A DNA stretch of 61,590 nt, counting the filler, from Malassezia furfur (taxonomy: Eukaryota), in assembly GCA_052055015.1 (NCBI GenBank). It is 8 parts of 8 records of this genome, joined end to end, with 100 filler letters (N's around TTAATTAATTAA, not from the genome) between each part and the next. Parts side by side here need not be neighbours in the genome. Positions count along the whole stretch, not along the records: positions 46,445 to 53,972 come from JBQJIT010000494.1; positions 54,073 to 61,590 come from JBQJIT010000495.1; 6 more parts are not named here. The stretch is one strand, 5' to 3'. Each line of letters begins with the position of its first letter. The stretch's first letter is position 1. The translations under genes were made by a program, and so were the position numbers. Shown here one piece after another: positions 49,389 to 61,590 of this stretch. The notes under the pieces are model-generated. The model had not been told where the DNA came from. It saw only the letters and a list, made by a program, of their open reading frames with translations, and did no database searches.

Positions 49389-50499
49389 TTACTCGCCCGG
49401 CGTGCCCTCCCCCTTGTTCTCGTCCATGGGGTACGACACCATATTTAGAAACGCGCCGCGCTGCTGGTGCGGGGGCATCGGCAGGGACGAGCCAGCGTCC
49501 ATAAACGGCGACGCATCCATCCCGCCACGCGGCAGGCCGGGCGCACCGGTGGGGGCACCGCGCATCGCCATGCCGGCCCCGGGATGGACGCGGCTGTCAC
49601 CCATGGCGCCCGCTCCGTGGAAGGGGTACATGGGCGAGGCCCATTCGCCGCCCATCGGCGGCTTGGGCATGCCCTTCATCGCCTGCGCAGCGGGGTGCAG
49701 GCCCATGTCGCCCTCCATGCGGCCGCGCATGTCGGGCTGGCTGGGGCGCAACGGCAGGAAGCCAGACCCCTTGGGCTCCAGCATCGGCTCATTCATGGAC
49801 CCGCGCGCGCCGACGTCGCCGCCGAGCACGGGTGCGACGTTGGGCGCCGAAAGCGCGTTGCGGATCGGCACGCTCGTGCTTCGGTTGCGCACCATGTCAG
49901 AGCGCGGCACAATGTCGATCAAGAAGTCAAACAGGTCGGAGCGGGCAATCGCATTGGCAATGTCGGAGCGCTGGATGGTGCGACGCTTGTTTTCCTCGGC
50001 AACCATGAATGCGCGGCAGGTCAGGTCGGAGATAAAGACTGGGTCAGCGGCCGTCACCTACTTTCACAGGCCCGGGAAAAGAGGATGGGCGCCTCGGCAG
50101 AGATCATCTGGACATGAGAGGGTGCAGACCTACCTTGACCTCGTCATCATTCTTCATCACCTTCTTGATGCGTGCCAGCGGCAGCGCACTGCTGCTCCCG
50201 TTCGGCGTCGAGCCGAGGTTGTAAAAATCAATCGTCTTGCCGTCCGAGTCGAAGCCGTTCTCGACCAGATCCATCTGGTGACGCCAGAAATGGCGTTGGA
50301 ACTGCGCGGGATTCCGCGAGAACTGCTGGATCAACGTGCTGAGTGGTACGTAGTTGGATGCCTGGCTACCACCAGACTCTTGCGCGGGCGGCATGCTTTC
50401 CACGGCGCCCACCGCCTTGCCTTCCGCCGCGCCCGACAGGGTGTGTGAAACGGGCAGGTTGGGGCTCATCGTGCCCGATTCCGAGGGGTAAAACGACAT
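49389..50499 (-). CDS. HAP5: CCAAT-binding factor subunit NF-YC/Hap5; two short introns
   Basis: Histone fold LPLARIKKVMKNDDEVK|MISAEAPILFSRACE|IFISDLTCRA...ENKRRTIQRSDIANAI..SDLFDFLIDIVPR. Confidence 0.94.
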
Positions 50500-50768
50500 C
50501 GTCGCGAAGGCTTGGGCAGCACACAAATCAAAGGCCAATCGAGAAGCACACGGATTAATACAATGCGCCGCCTCTGCACACACGAGAAGCCTTACGCCGG
50601 AGGTCGCGAGATGGCCGTTCGTCGCAGACCGCGTCTCGATGTGCCGCGGCACACATTTTGTGGCCTCTAAGGCCCATGCCACGTGGGCTTGGCGCGCGGA
50701 ATAAAAACACTACGGAGCGACGCGCGCCACACCCGCCAGGCGGAGCGCACGGGCGCATTCGGCGACGG

Positions 50769-51500
50769 CTACGTAGACGGCTCAATCTTTTCCAGATGAG
50801 GTCCAATAAGCTGGAGTTAGTGCTGGATGTGCCTACTTTCGCCATCTCGAACGAGCTGTGTCAGTCTTATGCACACGTACTCCACCGTGTCCTTGCCAAA
50901 CAGGCTGCTTAATTTCGCATCACACATGATCTGCGTAAGTGCATGCTGCACGGAACGCACCTGACGCTTGTTGCTCTCGTTCTGCAGGTTGTGCTCCTTG
51001 ATGTAGACCCACAGCTGCTTCACCACACCGTGTCGCGGCATTTCGTTTCCACCACACACCTCAGCCATCGCGGACGACAGCCGCATCGGGCGGTTCAGCG
51101 GGCTGTTGGGGTTCGGCGCACGCTTTTTCTTGGGCTCCTCGTCATCCTGGGCACTCGTGCCCCGCTTCTTGGACGTCTTCTTCGGCGGGGCGGCTGCCTT
51201 GGGCTTGGTCGTGCGCTTCTTGGACGCATCGGTGGCATCACTTCCTGTACCCGCAGACGCTTTGCTGGTCGAAGTGCCCTTGTGTGTCACCTCGTCGTAG
51301 CACTTGCGGATCTCGGCATCTACAGCCTTCTTTTGGTCCACCAGATTCACGCTCGCAGGCAGAGAACCTTCCGGCAACTCGGCGAGAGCCACACGAATCT
51401 TCTTTGCAGAAACAACCGAGAGGTCTGCATCTTTTAGTACATCGAATATCCGCTCACGCAGGGCGGGCAACGCGCTCGGGTCCAGCGTGTTGTTGTTCAT
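50769..51500 (-). CDS. DEK-C plus SWIB/MDM2 domain protein (Uaf30/Tri1-like); three short 3' introns
   Basis: VLKDADLSVVSAKKIR (DEK-C). SWIB domain LSSAMAEVCG...PRHGVVKQLWVYIKEHNLQN..NKRQ|IMCDAKL...FEMAK|LIGPHL. Confidence 0.88.
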
Positions 51501-51589
51501 GCTGGACGCGTCGCAGGTGCGGCGCGCAAGTGGAGACCGAATTTTGCCCACGTGGAGGCGCCGGGCGTACGGAGGCGAACGGCTTCGCT

Positions 51590-52052
51590 ATGCACCGCAC
51601 TGTAACCCGGCGCCTCGCGCAAGGCGCGCCTAACACGCCCATGGCAGAGGTGCAGGCGGCGACGAAGATGCTGCTTCCGCCGATCCCCTTGTACCGAGCC
51701 CTCTTGCGTGCGCACAGAAACCTCCCACCCGAGATGCGTTCCTTGGGCGACGACTACGTCAAGTCAGAGTTCCGGCGACACCAGAAAATCGACAATCCGC
51801 TGCAAATCGTCGGGTTCTGCAGCCAGTGGAAGATGTACTTGGACTCGCTTCGTATGGACCAGTTTAGCCCGGACGGCTCGCGCGGCCAACCCTTGGACCC
51901 TAAGCTGATCGACAAGGTACGTGCGAGGCACTGACGCAGTTCTCCGATGAGCAACTCTATCAGCTCTACGAGCTCAAGCTTGCTGCATCCGAAGTTTTTG
52001 ACCCAGAACGGGCACAGGCACGTCCCCCGCCCAAGAAAGACGAGTCCGACTC

Positions 52053-52056
<4 letters not shown>
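51590..52056 (+). CDS. SDH7: Succinate dehydrogenase assembly factor 3 (Sdh7/Acn9, LYR family); intron 51917-51939
   Basis: LLPPIPLYRALLRAHRNLPPEMRSLGDDYVKSEFRRHQKIDNPLQIVGFCSQWKMY...DK|FSDEQLYQLYEL. Confidence 0.92.
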
Positions 52057-53850
<1,794 letters not shown>

Positions 53851-53972
53851 AGTGTTTGATCAGTCGGGGCAGGGCGCGAGGCTACGCAATGTCCAGCCAG
53901 AGGCGCTGCGATCGTTCTCTGGCAGGGATTTGCCCCGGGCCTCGTCAGCCTCCACCGCGGTGCGGACCCGCA

Positions 53973-54072
53973 NNNNNNNNNNNNNNNNNNNNNNNNNNNN
54001 NNNNNNNNNNNNNNNNTTAATTAATTAANNNNNNNNNNNNNNNNNNNNNNNNNNNNNNNNNNNNNNNNNNNN
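53973..54072. other. Artificial contig-joining spacer
   Basis: N-run/TTAATTAATTAA/N-run, 100 bp. Confidence 0.98.
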
Positions 54073-54101
54073 AAGGGGGCACTGCGCCGCAGGGCCAAGC
54101 C

Positions 54102-55100
54102 ATGCCGAGCGACCTACCCGATGACCGCGGCAAGCAGCTTGATTGGGACTACGAGAATATCGCAGCTCTGATCGAGACAGAAGGGTGGGGGAACAACGAC
54201 ACCGCCGAGAGTATCCGAGCGCACTATGGCGGCTATTCGACGAGCCCGCGCCAGGGGCTGCGTGTCATTTCCGTCAACTCCGATTTCTGGTTTGTGGAAA
54301 ACCTGTTCAACTACATCAACCCGGACGACCCTGATCCAAGCGGCACGTTCCGATGGCTCACTGACGAGCTGGCATCAGCAGAGTCGGCCAACGAAACGGC
54401 ATGGATCGTCGCTAGTGTGCCGACGGGCTGGGAGGGGTCGGCTGCCCTGCCGCGCCCATCGGTGCTGTTCAACCTGATCATGAACCGGTTTGCCCAAACC
54501 ATCACGCATGTCTTTTTCGGACACACGCACGAAGATCAATTCTACCTGTTCTTTGACGAGAGCACCAACAGCACCGGTGTGCGTGACAACTCTACTCTTT
54601 CTGGTCACGCATTCATTGCGCCCTCACTCACACCCAACCGCAACTTGCAGCCGTCGTTCCGCATTTACGATGTGGACCCAGAGACGTACGAGGTGATGAA
54701 CTACCACCAGTATTATACGTCGGTGTCCGAATTCCAGAACCTCACCGATCAAGGCCCCGTCTGGCGCGAGTTGTATTCGGCGCGGGAAACCTATGCCAAT
54801 TACACGATGATTGGAGACGCGGGCAACCAAACGTCGTGGCCCACGGATGCACCACTCAATGCCACTTTCTGGCTGTCGCTGACGGACGAAATGAAGAAGG
54901 ACACAACGTTGGTTGACGCATTCAATCTATACCAAGGACGCAACAGCCCTCGAACGCCGGCTTGCGATTACACATGCCAACTAACGAAGATTTGCTACAT
55001 GAAAACCGGCAACTCATTCCCGCTGGATACTTGTACTCCCGGTTTTGGGTCTGTGCAGTCGGCCTACCCCCCGAGCGAGGTGACTCCCGTGGGGGATTGA
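54102..55100 (+). CDS. Acid sphingomyelinase-like metallophosphoesterase, copy 1 (C-terminal part; 5' cut by contig edge)
   Basis: GLRVISVNSDFW, WLTDEL, FFGHTHEDQF, PSLTP, PSFRIYDVDPETYEVMNY. Clearly paralogous to the two downstream genes. Confidence 0.88.
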   Translation: MPSDLPDDRGKQLDWDYENIAALIETEGWGNNDTAESIRAHYGGYSTSPRQGLRVISVNSDFWFVENLFNYINPDDPDPSGTFRWLTDELASAESANETAWIVASVPTGWEGSAALPRPSVLFNLIMNRFAQTITHVFFGHTHEDQFYLFFDESTNSTGVRDNSTLSGHAFIAPSLTPNRNLQPSFRIYDVDPETYEVMNYHQYYTSVSEFQNLTDQGPVWRELYSARETYANYTMIGDAGNQTSWPTDAPLNATFWLSLTDEMKKDTTLVDAFNLYQGRNSPRTPACDYTCQLTKICYMKTGNSFPLDTCTPGFGSVQSAYPPSEVTPVGD

Positions 55101-55458
55101 ATGCATGGTCATTTTCTACGAACAGTTGAATAGTGTACTAGTCAGTCTTATGTGGTTATGGACGTATGTCTGGATAGGCCATCGCTGTGGCCCACGGGGC
55201 CTGTGCAGCCAACTCGCTATACCATGTCATTGGACTGGCACGCGAGCTTCACCCCATGCACGTCCCACAGCCCATTTCGTGAACAATGGTTCTCTGCGTG
55301 CCAGCCGTCTAAATAAGCACACCACGTGCATGCGATCCAGCGTGTGATTGCGCGCGGAATTGCGCACGGGTGCATTCATTTTGGTGGAGGAGCGCGCGGT
55401 CGTGTGCGTAATAAGCCGGGGGCGCGCCGCGGCACCGGCACCCCTCGTCCCCTTCAAG

Positions 55459-57696
55459 ATGGCCAAGCCGGCACTGCTGGCCTCGGTGCTGCTGGTTTTC
55501 GCTGCCGTTGCGCAGGTTCTTGCCAAGAGTCCGACGCAGTATGTGACGACGACCTCGTTTGGCTCGGATGTCTATACGGTATCCTCGGCGTTCCCCACGT
55601 CTGACTTCCCATCGATGGACTTTGCGCCCTCGGGGCACGAGGCCGAGCCGCGTCCTGTCATTACCCGCGTATCTGGAGGACAGTTTGATGATTCGCTCGT
55701 GAACCCCACCATGCTGCCCTCCGCGGCGCCGTCCAGCGAGGCCGTTCTGCCTGCGCCCACGCAGAGCGCAGCCGCTGCGGTCGGCAACAACCAGGACCAG
55801 TACCGCCAGACGGTGCTGACCAACTTTACCAACATTCTGAACGAGACGGGCCAATCGCAGTGCCAGATCTGCCACAATGCCGTGATGCTGGGCCAGCAGG
55901 CGGCCCGTGCGGTGCCCTCGCTGGTGCCGGGCATTTTGGTGCAGCTCTGCAAGCAGTACAACTACACGGAGTCGGTCGACGTGGAGAAGGACTGCGAGGC
56001 CGAGTATGGCGCATCGCAGATGGGCAGCATCTACACGCAGCTGCTGAGCTACGCCAACCTCAGCGACGCGTCGACGACGGTGGACTACATTTGCAATGCC
56101 CTTGTCGACAGCAAGCCGTGCAACATGCCCGAGCCGCCCGTGCTCAGTGCCGACTTCCTGAACGACTGGTTCAACGGGACGGTGGCGCCGCCGGCCGACG
56201 TCGTGTCGCGCTCCAAGAAGACTGGCCCAGCGCAGGATCAGCCGCTGCGTACGCTGCATGTCTCCGACTTCCACGTGGACCCTCGCTACCTGGTTGGTGC
56301 CGAAGCTGCGTGTGACAACGGCCAGTGCTGCCGCGCTGACTCGTACAACTCGACGCTGTGGTCCCAGCCGGACTTTGCGCCAGGATCGCTGTCGCGCGAC
56401 AACATCTCGGAGCCTGCGAGCTACTGGGGTGCGTACGAGTGCGACCCGCCGTGGTCGCTCATCGAGGCGGGCATGCAGGGCATTGGCGCGCTGGTGGAGA
56501 GCGACGGTGACATCCACCTGGGCGTGTTTACCGGCGACCTGACCACGCACGACTCGGATGCGCACATCTCGCAGGACCTTGTGAAGTACTCGGAGCAGTC
56601 GCTCTACGACCTCTTCCACAAGCACACCGGCAACGCTACCATCGTGGTCGCGCTTGGCAACCACGACTCGTCGCCAGCCGACGAGGCGGCGCTCGCGAGC
56701 CTGCCCGACGGCCGGAGCGACCAGTTCAACTGGGACTACGAGAACGTCGCTGCCCTTGTCAAGTCTGAGGGCTGGGGTAACGACACGACTGCCGAGACGA
56801 TCCGCACGCACTACGGCGGCTACTCGATCAGTCCCCGCCAGGGCCTGCGCATCATTGCGCTTAACACCGACTTCTGGTACAAGAACAACTACTTCAACTA
56901 CATCAGCCTGGATCAGCCGGACCAGAGCGGCATGCTCCGCTGGCTTACGGACGAGCTGCAGGCGGCAGAGAACAGCAACGAGCGTGCATGGATCGTGGGC
57001 CATGTGCCAACCGGCTGGGACGGTAGCAATGCGCTTGACACGCCGACGAACCTGTTCTACCACATCGTCTCGCGCTATTCACACACGATTGCGCACATCT
57101 TCTTTGGGCACACACACGAGGACCAGTTCCAGGTGTTTTACAACGTCACGAACGGCAACTCGACCTCGGCTAACCGCAACACGCAGGACGCCGTGGCAAG
57201 TGCCTTCCTGGGCCCGTCGCTCACGCCGCTGACCAACGTCCAGCCGTCGCTGCGCATCTACGAAGTGGACCCGGAGACGTACGAGGTGATGGACTACCAC
57301 CAGTACTTTACGCCGGTTACCGCCTTCCAGAACCTCACGGACCAGGGCCCCATCTGGCACGAGCTGTACACCGCGCGCGCAACGTACGGCAACTTCTCGG
57401 CGTCCGCCGCGGCGAACAAGTATGTTGCGGGTGTGCCGCTTGACAATGGTGTGTGGCCTGCCTCGGCGTCGCTGAATGCCTCGTTCTGGGCGGCGCTTAC
57501 GGACGAGATGGAGGTGCGCCCGGAGTTGGTGGAGCTGCACAACCTGTACCAGGGCCGCAACAGCCCCCGCAGCCCGTCGTGCGACACGCAGGAATGCCAG
57601 GCAGCCAAGGTGTGCTACATGCGCTCGGGCTCTTCCTCGCTGGGTCGTGCGTGCCCCAAGGGCTATGGTTCCGTGCAGTCGGGCTTTTCCTCGTAA
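55459..57696 (+). CDS. Secreted acid sphingomyelinase-like phosphodiesterase, copy 2
   Basis: Signal peptide MAKPALLASVLLVFAAVA, a saposin-like Cys region, then the metal-binding motifs SDFHVD, FTGD, GNHD, GHVP and GHTH. Many N-glycosylation sequons. Confidence 0.93.
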   Translation: MAKPALLASVLLVFAAVAQVLAKSPTQYVTTTSFGSDVYTVSSAFPTSDFPSMDFAPSGHEAEPRPVITRVSGGQFDDSLVNPTMLPSAAPSSEAVLPAPTQSAAAAVGNNQDQYRQTVLTNFTNILNETGQSQCQICHNAVMLGQQAARAVPSLVPGILVQLCKQYNYTESVDVEKDCEAEYGASQMGSIYTQLLSYANLSDASTTVDYICNALVDSKPCNMPEPPVLSADFLNDWFNGTVAPPADVVSRSKKTGPAQDQPLRTLHVSDFHVDPRYLVGAEAACDNGQCCRADSYNSTLWSQPDFAPGSLSRDNISEPASYWGAYECDPPWSLIEAGMQGIGALVESDGDIHLGVFTGDLTTHDSDAHISQDLVKYSEQSLYDLFHKHTGNATIVVALGNHDSSPADEAALASLPDGRSDQFNWDYENVAALVKSEGWGNDTTAETIRTHYGGYSISPRQGLRIIALNTDFWYKNNYFNYISLDQPDQSGMLRWLTDELQAAENSNERAWIVGHVPTGWDGSNALDTPTNLFYHIVSRYSHTIAHIFFGHTHEDQFQVFYNVTNGNSTSANRNTQDAVASAFLGPSLTPLTNVQPSLRIYEVDPETYEVMDYHQYFTPVTAFQNLTDQGPIWHELYTARATYGNFSASAAANKYVAGVPLDNGVWPASASLNASFWAALTDEMEVRPELVELHNLYQGRNSPRSPSCDTQECQAAKVCYMRSGSSSLGRACPKGYGSVQSGFSS

Positions 57697-57899
57697 TGTG
57701 TTTTGGTTGTGTAGGGTCGGTACAGAGTGTGTATTGGTACAGCGCGCGGACCGGCACCGGCCCTGTGCACGGGCCATGCGTCAACGTGCGGAGCCTGCTG
57801 ATTCAGCCGGAATTCATCGTGATAGACACGTGCGTACCTTGCCTGCAGCAGGGTGCTGGGACCTACCGTGCCGGTGAGTGGTGCGCGATCCCTGCTGCC

Positions 57900-60203
57900 A
57901 TGTACCGTCCGCGCAGCTCCGCGGACGATGCAGAGCTTCAGCCGCTGCAGGATGAAGGCCTTGAGCCGGCGCTTCGCATCGGCCCACGCTGGCCAGCGAA
58001 GCGGATCGCCAAGTACGCGGTGCTTCTCGCGGCATTTGTGTATGCCGTGAGCATCTGCTGGCCGTCGCGCATGGCGCGCACGCGCCCGGACACGGTCGTC
58101 GTGCCCGCTGCCTTCCCCACAAACGAGTTTCCGGGCATGGACTTTATGCCGAAAGCACAGGAGGCCGAGCCGCGGCCCATCATCACACGCGTCGGCGGAG
58201 GCCGTTTTGACGACGCGCTCGTCGACCCACTGCACCTTCCTACCGCGGCACCGAGCAGCGAAGGGGTACTGCCGAAGCCCACGGGCGCGGCCGATCTCAC
58301 ACAGAGTCGCAAGCAGCAGCTCCGCCTCGAGAGCAAGCAGAAACTCCGCGATCTGTTCGACTCGCAAGCGTCGAGCTGCGACAAGTGCCTTACGGCGCTG
58401 CGGCACGGCCAGTCGCTCGCGCACGCCGCACCCGAGCTCGTGCCGGAGCTCATGGTCGAGCTGTGCGAAGAGTACCGCTACACCCGCTCGCGTGACGTCC
58501 CGCGTGGATGCCAGGGCACCTTTGGCGTCGCGCAGTGGGGCGGTCCATACACGCAGATGCTGAGCTACCTGAATGTGAGCGAAGGCTCGGTACCTGCGCA
58601 GCTGATCTGTGCCAAATTCCTCAAGGGCAAGCACTGCCCGATGCCCGCGCGCCCGACGCTCTCGCCCGCGTTCCTGCACAAGTGGTTCCACGGGCAGACG
58701 GAGCCGTCGGAGTACGTCGCGCGGCGCTCCAAGAAGACGGGCGCAAAGCGCGCGACACCGCTGCGCACGCTGCACGTGTCGGATCTGCACGTCGACCCAC
58801 GCTACCTGGTGGGCGCCGAGGCCGCGTGCGACAGTGGGCAGTGCTGCCGCGTAGATGCGTACAACTCGACGCTGTGGGACGCCGCGACGCCGATCCCTGG
58901 GACGCTGCCGCGCGCGAACGTGTCGAGCCCGGCGCACTACTGGGGCAGCTACCACTGCGACCCGCCGTGGGCGCTCATTGCTGCGGGCATGCAGGGCATT
59001 TCCGCGCTGATCGAGCGCGATGGGCCGTTGGACCTCGGTGTGTTTACGGGCGACTTTACGACGCACGACCAGCATGAGCACATCTCGCGCGACCTGGTGC
59101 GCTATGCGGAGCAGTCGCTGCTCGACATGCTCGCGCGGCACATGCACAATGCAACGATGGTCGTTGCGCTCGGCAACCACGATTTTGCGCCGTCCGACTT
59201 TGCGGCGGTGCCTGGCCTGCCGGACGATGCGTCCGATCAGGTGCAGTGGAACTACGAGCACGTCGCGGCGCTCGTCAAGTCGCATGGGTGGGGCGACGAC
59301 GCGACCGCCGAGACCATCCGGACGCACCACGGCGGCTATTCGGTGAGCCCGCGCAAGGGGCTGCGCGTAATCTCGCTCAACTCCGACTTCTGGTACAAGG
59401 CGAACCCGATGGCGTACCTGCACGCGGACGAGCCCGACGTCGGCGGCATCCTGCGGTGGCTCACTGACGAGCTGCAGGACGCCGAGAACCGGCATGAGCG
59501 CGTGTGGATCGTGCTGCACGTCCTCACTGGCTGGGACGGCAGCAACGCGCTCGAGGGCCCCACGAACCTGTTCTACCACATCGTCTCGCGCTACACCCAC
59601 ACAATCGCGCACATCTTCTTTGGGCACACGCACGAGGACCAGTTCCAGGTGTTCTACCGCGCGACGGGCGGCGACTCGGCGTCCGTACCGCGGCACACCG
59701 CGAATGCGACGGCCGTGGCGTTCATCGGCCCGTCGCTCACACCGCTCAGCAACGTGCAGCCGTCGCTGCGCGTGTACGAGGTGGACCCGGAGACGTACGA
59801 GGTGATGGACTACCTGCAGTACTACACGCCTGTGGATGACTTTGCGCACACGCGCGACCACGGCCCGATCTGGCGCCTGCTGTACCGCGCGCGCGAGACG
59901 TACGACTCGTTCGCGGCGTCCGTCGCGGCCAAGACGTACACGGCGCCGGTCGCGCTCGACGCGGAGCACCGCTGGCCAGCCACGGCACCGCTCAACGCCA
60001 CGTTCTGGGCCGCGCTCACCGACGAGATGGAGGCGCGGCCCGCCCTGCTCGACCTGCACCACCTCTACCAGAGCCGCAAGAGCCCGCGGTCGTGGCTGTG
60101 CGCGTCGGCAGAGTGCCACCGCGCGAAGCTGTGCTACATGCGCGCGGGATCCGCATCGCAGGGGCGGCAGTGTCCACAGGGCTACTCCTCCGTACAGAGC
60201 TAG
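57900..60203 (+). CDS. Acid sphingomyelinase-like phosphodiesterase, copy 3, probable type II membrane anchor
   Basis: Charged N-terminal tail followed by KYAVLLAAFVYAVSICW. Motifs SDLHVD, FTGD, GNHD, LHVL and GHTH. Confidence 0.92.
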   Translation: MYRPRSSADDAELQPLQDEGLEPALRIGPRWPAKRIAKYAVLLAAFVYAVSICWPSRMARTRPDTVVVPAAFPTNEFPGMDFMPKAQEAEPRPIITRVGGGRFDDALVDPLHLPTAAPSSEGVLPKPTGAADLTQSRKQQLRLESKQKLRDLFDSQASSCDKCLTALRHGQSLAHAAPELVPELMVELCEEYRYTRSRDVPRGCQGTFGVAQWGGPYTQMLSYLNVSEGSVPAQLICAKFLKGKHCPMPARPTLSPAFLHKWFHGQTEPSEYVARRSKKTGAKRATPLRTLHVSDLHVDPRYLVGAEAACDSGQCCRVDAYNSTLWDAATPIPGTLPRANVSSPAHYWGSYHCDPPWALIAAGMQGISALIERDGPLDLGVFTGDFTTHDQHEHISRDLVRYAEQSLLDMLARHMHNATMVVALGNHDFAPSDFAAVPGLPDDASDQVQWNYEHVAALVKSHGWGDDATAETIRTHHGGYSVSPRKGLRVISLNSDFWYKANPMAYLHADEPDVGGILRWLTDELQDAENRHERVWIVLHVLTGWDGSNALEGPTNLFYHIVSRYTHTIAHIFFGHTHEDQFQVFYRATGGDSASVPRHTANATAVAFIGPSLTPLSNVQPSLRVYEVDPETYEVMDYLQYYTPVDDFAHTRDHGPIWRLLYRARETYDSFAASVAAKTYTAPVALDAEHRWPATAPLNATFWAALTDEMEARPALLDLHHLYQSRKSPRSWLCASAECHRAKLCYMRAGSASQGRQCPQGYSSVQS

Positions 60204-60209
60204 GTAGAG

Positions 60210-60611
60210 TTACTGCGGTCCCTTGGCGAGGATGTCCTCGATCTGCGACTTGGTGATGCGGTGCCGCCCGATCTCGGGGCCGAAGTGCGACTCGTCCTCG
60301 TCCCAGCGCAGGTGCAGCACAGGGATGTCGTACTGGTACTTGCGCCGCCAGTAGTCGACGTTGTACTCTTTGTCGTCGTGGATGTTGTACGTCGACACGG
60401 TGAAGGGTGCGTCGATTTGGTCGAGCACCTCTTTCGCCTCGTCACACAGCTGGCACTGCGTCCCCGTGAAGATGGTGATGTGCGGCAGCGGCTGGTGCGA
60501 GTACGCACGCACGCTGCCCAGCGCAGTCGGCGCACGCACCGCAGCCACGCGGCCTGCGCGCAGGGCCGGCGCCCAAGGCACACCGAGTCGGATCGCCCGC
60601 GCGTGCCACAT
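60210..60611 (-). CDS. Glutaredoxin-like protein (DUF836 type) with mitochondrial-type leader
   Basis: MWHARAIRLG... leader, ITIFTGTQCQLCDEAKEVL (CxxC), WRRKYQYDIPVLH, RHRI. Confidence 0.87.
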   Translation of the reverse strand: MWHARAIRLGVPWAPALRAGRVAAVRAPTALGSVRAYSHQPLPHITIFTGTQCQLCDEAKEVLDQIDAPFTVSTYNIHDDKEYNVDYWRRKYQYDIPVLHLRWDEDESHFGPEIGRHRITKSQIEDILAKGPQ

Positions 60612-60723
60612 GGGTGGAGGTTGGACGGGTGCCGAGGCTGTCGTCGAGCGGACCTTAATTCTCTCTCCACTTGCCAAATCACACCTACTGTACATGGGCG
60701 CGCACGCCTTTTCTACGGACAAA

Positions 60724-61590
60724 TTAGAACTGCCCACGCTCGCTGTAGCGCTTAAAGTACGGACCAGCCGAATGGCGCTTGCGCGCACCGCCAAACTCGT
60801 CCGCGTCCGTGGGGTACAGCCGCGAGCTGCGCCGGCTCGGCATGTCGACTTCGTATGCATCGCCCGCCTCCATAAAGGGGTCGCGGCTGCGCCGGCGCTC
60901 GCGCGCAATCTCCTGGCGGCTCATCGTGCGTGCCGGAATGTCGTATGCATAGTCTTCGTAGTCGTAGTCGCGCGGCTCGGCGTGGTCACGGCTTTCGTGG
61001 TGCGACCGGCCGCTGTGCCGCCGCGAGTGGTGCCCGCTGTGGTGCGAGTGGCGGCGCCCGTCGCTGCGGTGCGAGTGGCGGCGCGCCGGCACGCTGCCTG
61101 CATTCGCGGGGTCGTACGTAAGGCTGTGCCGCAGCGGACCACGCGCCGACTCGTACGGCTGGTCGCCCTCGCCATAGGAGCGGCCGAGCCCCGTCGACAT
61201 GACGGGCGCCGCCGCGGCCGGCTGCAGCACGGGCGCCGACACGGGCGCGGGCGCCGCCATGGCGGGCGCAGGGTCCGCATAGTAGTTGGCACCCTGGTAG
61301 TCCGAGTAGCGATTCGTGTTCGGCGCCGGTTGGTCGTAGCCGTACGGGTCGTCGTCCTTGGCGTACATGGACGCGGGCGGCTCGTAGTGCTCCGGCAAGG
61401 CCTCCTCGCGGTTCAGGCTCCAGGCCAGCGCGATGAACACAAAGCCGACCACGACGGCGGCCGTCGCCGCCACCTGCAGCCAGATGGCAGGTCCGAGCTC
61501 AGCACTGACCTGGCCGCTGTAGTTCGCGGCGAGCTGGTTGTTGAGCTTGTTGCGAGCGTTGATGAAGAGGATGAGCTCGATCACCAGCGT
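60724..61590 (-). CDS. SUR7/PalI-like membrane protein, C-terminal part (5' cut by window end)
   Basis: IELILFINARNKLN...AELGPAIWLQVAATAAVVVGFVFIALAW (last TM helices), followed by a long disordered tail. Confidence 0.7.
   Translation of the reverse strand, partial: TLVIELILFINARNKLNNQLAANYSGQVSAELGPAIWLQVAATAAVVVGFVFIALAWSLNREEALPEHYEPPASMYAKDDDPYGYDQPAPNTNRYSDYQGANYYADPAPAMAAPAPVSAPVLQPAAAAPVMSTGLGRSYGEGDQPYESARGPLRHSLTYDPANAGSVPARRHSHRSDGRRHSHHSGHHSRRHSGRSHHESRDHAEPRDYDYEDYAYDIPARTMSRQEIARERRRSRDPFMEAGDAYEVDMPSRRSSRLYPTDADEFGGARKRHSAGPYFKRYSERGQF

Noticed and set aside
61015..61085. His/Arg/Ser-rich quasi-repeats (RRHSH...) in the PalI-like tail
   Set aside because: Ordinary low-complexity disordered coding sequence with no regular repeat-spacer structure.

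Overview
This window is eukaryotic, not prokaryotic. It is a very gene-dense, GC-rich basidiomycete yeast genome, most likely Malassezia. That assignment is an inference from the secreted LIP-family and class-3 lipases, a tandem acid-sphingomyelinase trio, tiny introns and minimal intergenic space. It is also not contiguous DNA. Eight contigs of descending length (7730, 7710, 7647, 7632, 7588, 7537, 7528, 7518 bp) are joined by 100-bp N-TTAATTAATTAA-N spacers, so gene neighbourhoods mean nothing across spacers. Most genes are housekeeping (FRS1, TPS2, MNS1, APM4, MDH, COG7, ARO4, KAP95, TRM11, VMA13, mL46, COX10, CMD1, SKT5, NPL4, translin, HAP5, SDH7, NAT9, PHB1). The most notable observations are: (1) an AT-richer accessory block in which an intronless bacterial-type DIP1984-family gene sits between two secreted lipases, next to an aldo-keto reductase; (2) a probably mitochondrion-targeted, phage/bacterial-type ATP-dependent DNA ligase whose start codon lies only 34 bp from that of TRM11; (3) pervasive 21-29 nt spliceosomal introns, several required to restore catalytic motifs, and a 9-exon calmodulin with micro-exons and a last exon that encodes only the stop; (4) convergent genes whose stop codons abut or overlap; (5) a diversified sphingomyelinase cluster with secreted, membrane-anchored and metal-ligand-variant copies. 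No rRNA, tRNA, CRISPR array or transposon was recognised. Family assignments come from motif recognition, not database searches.
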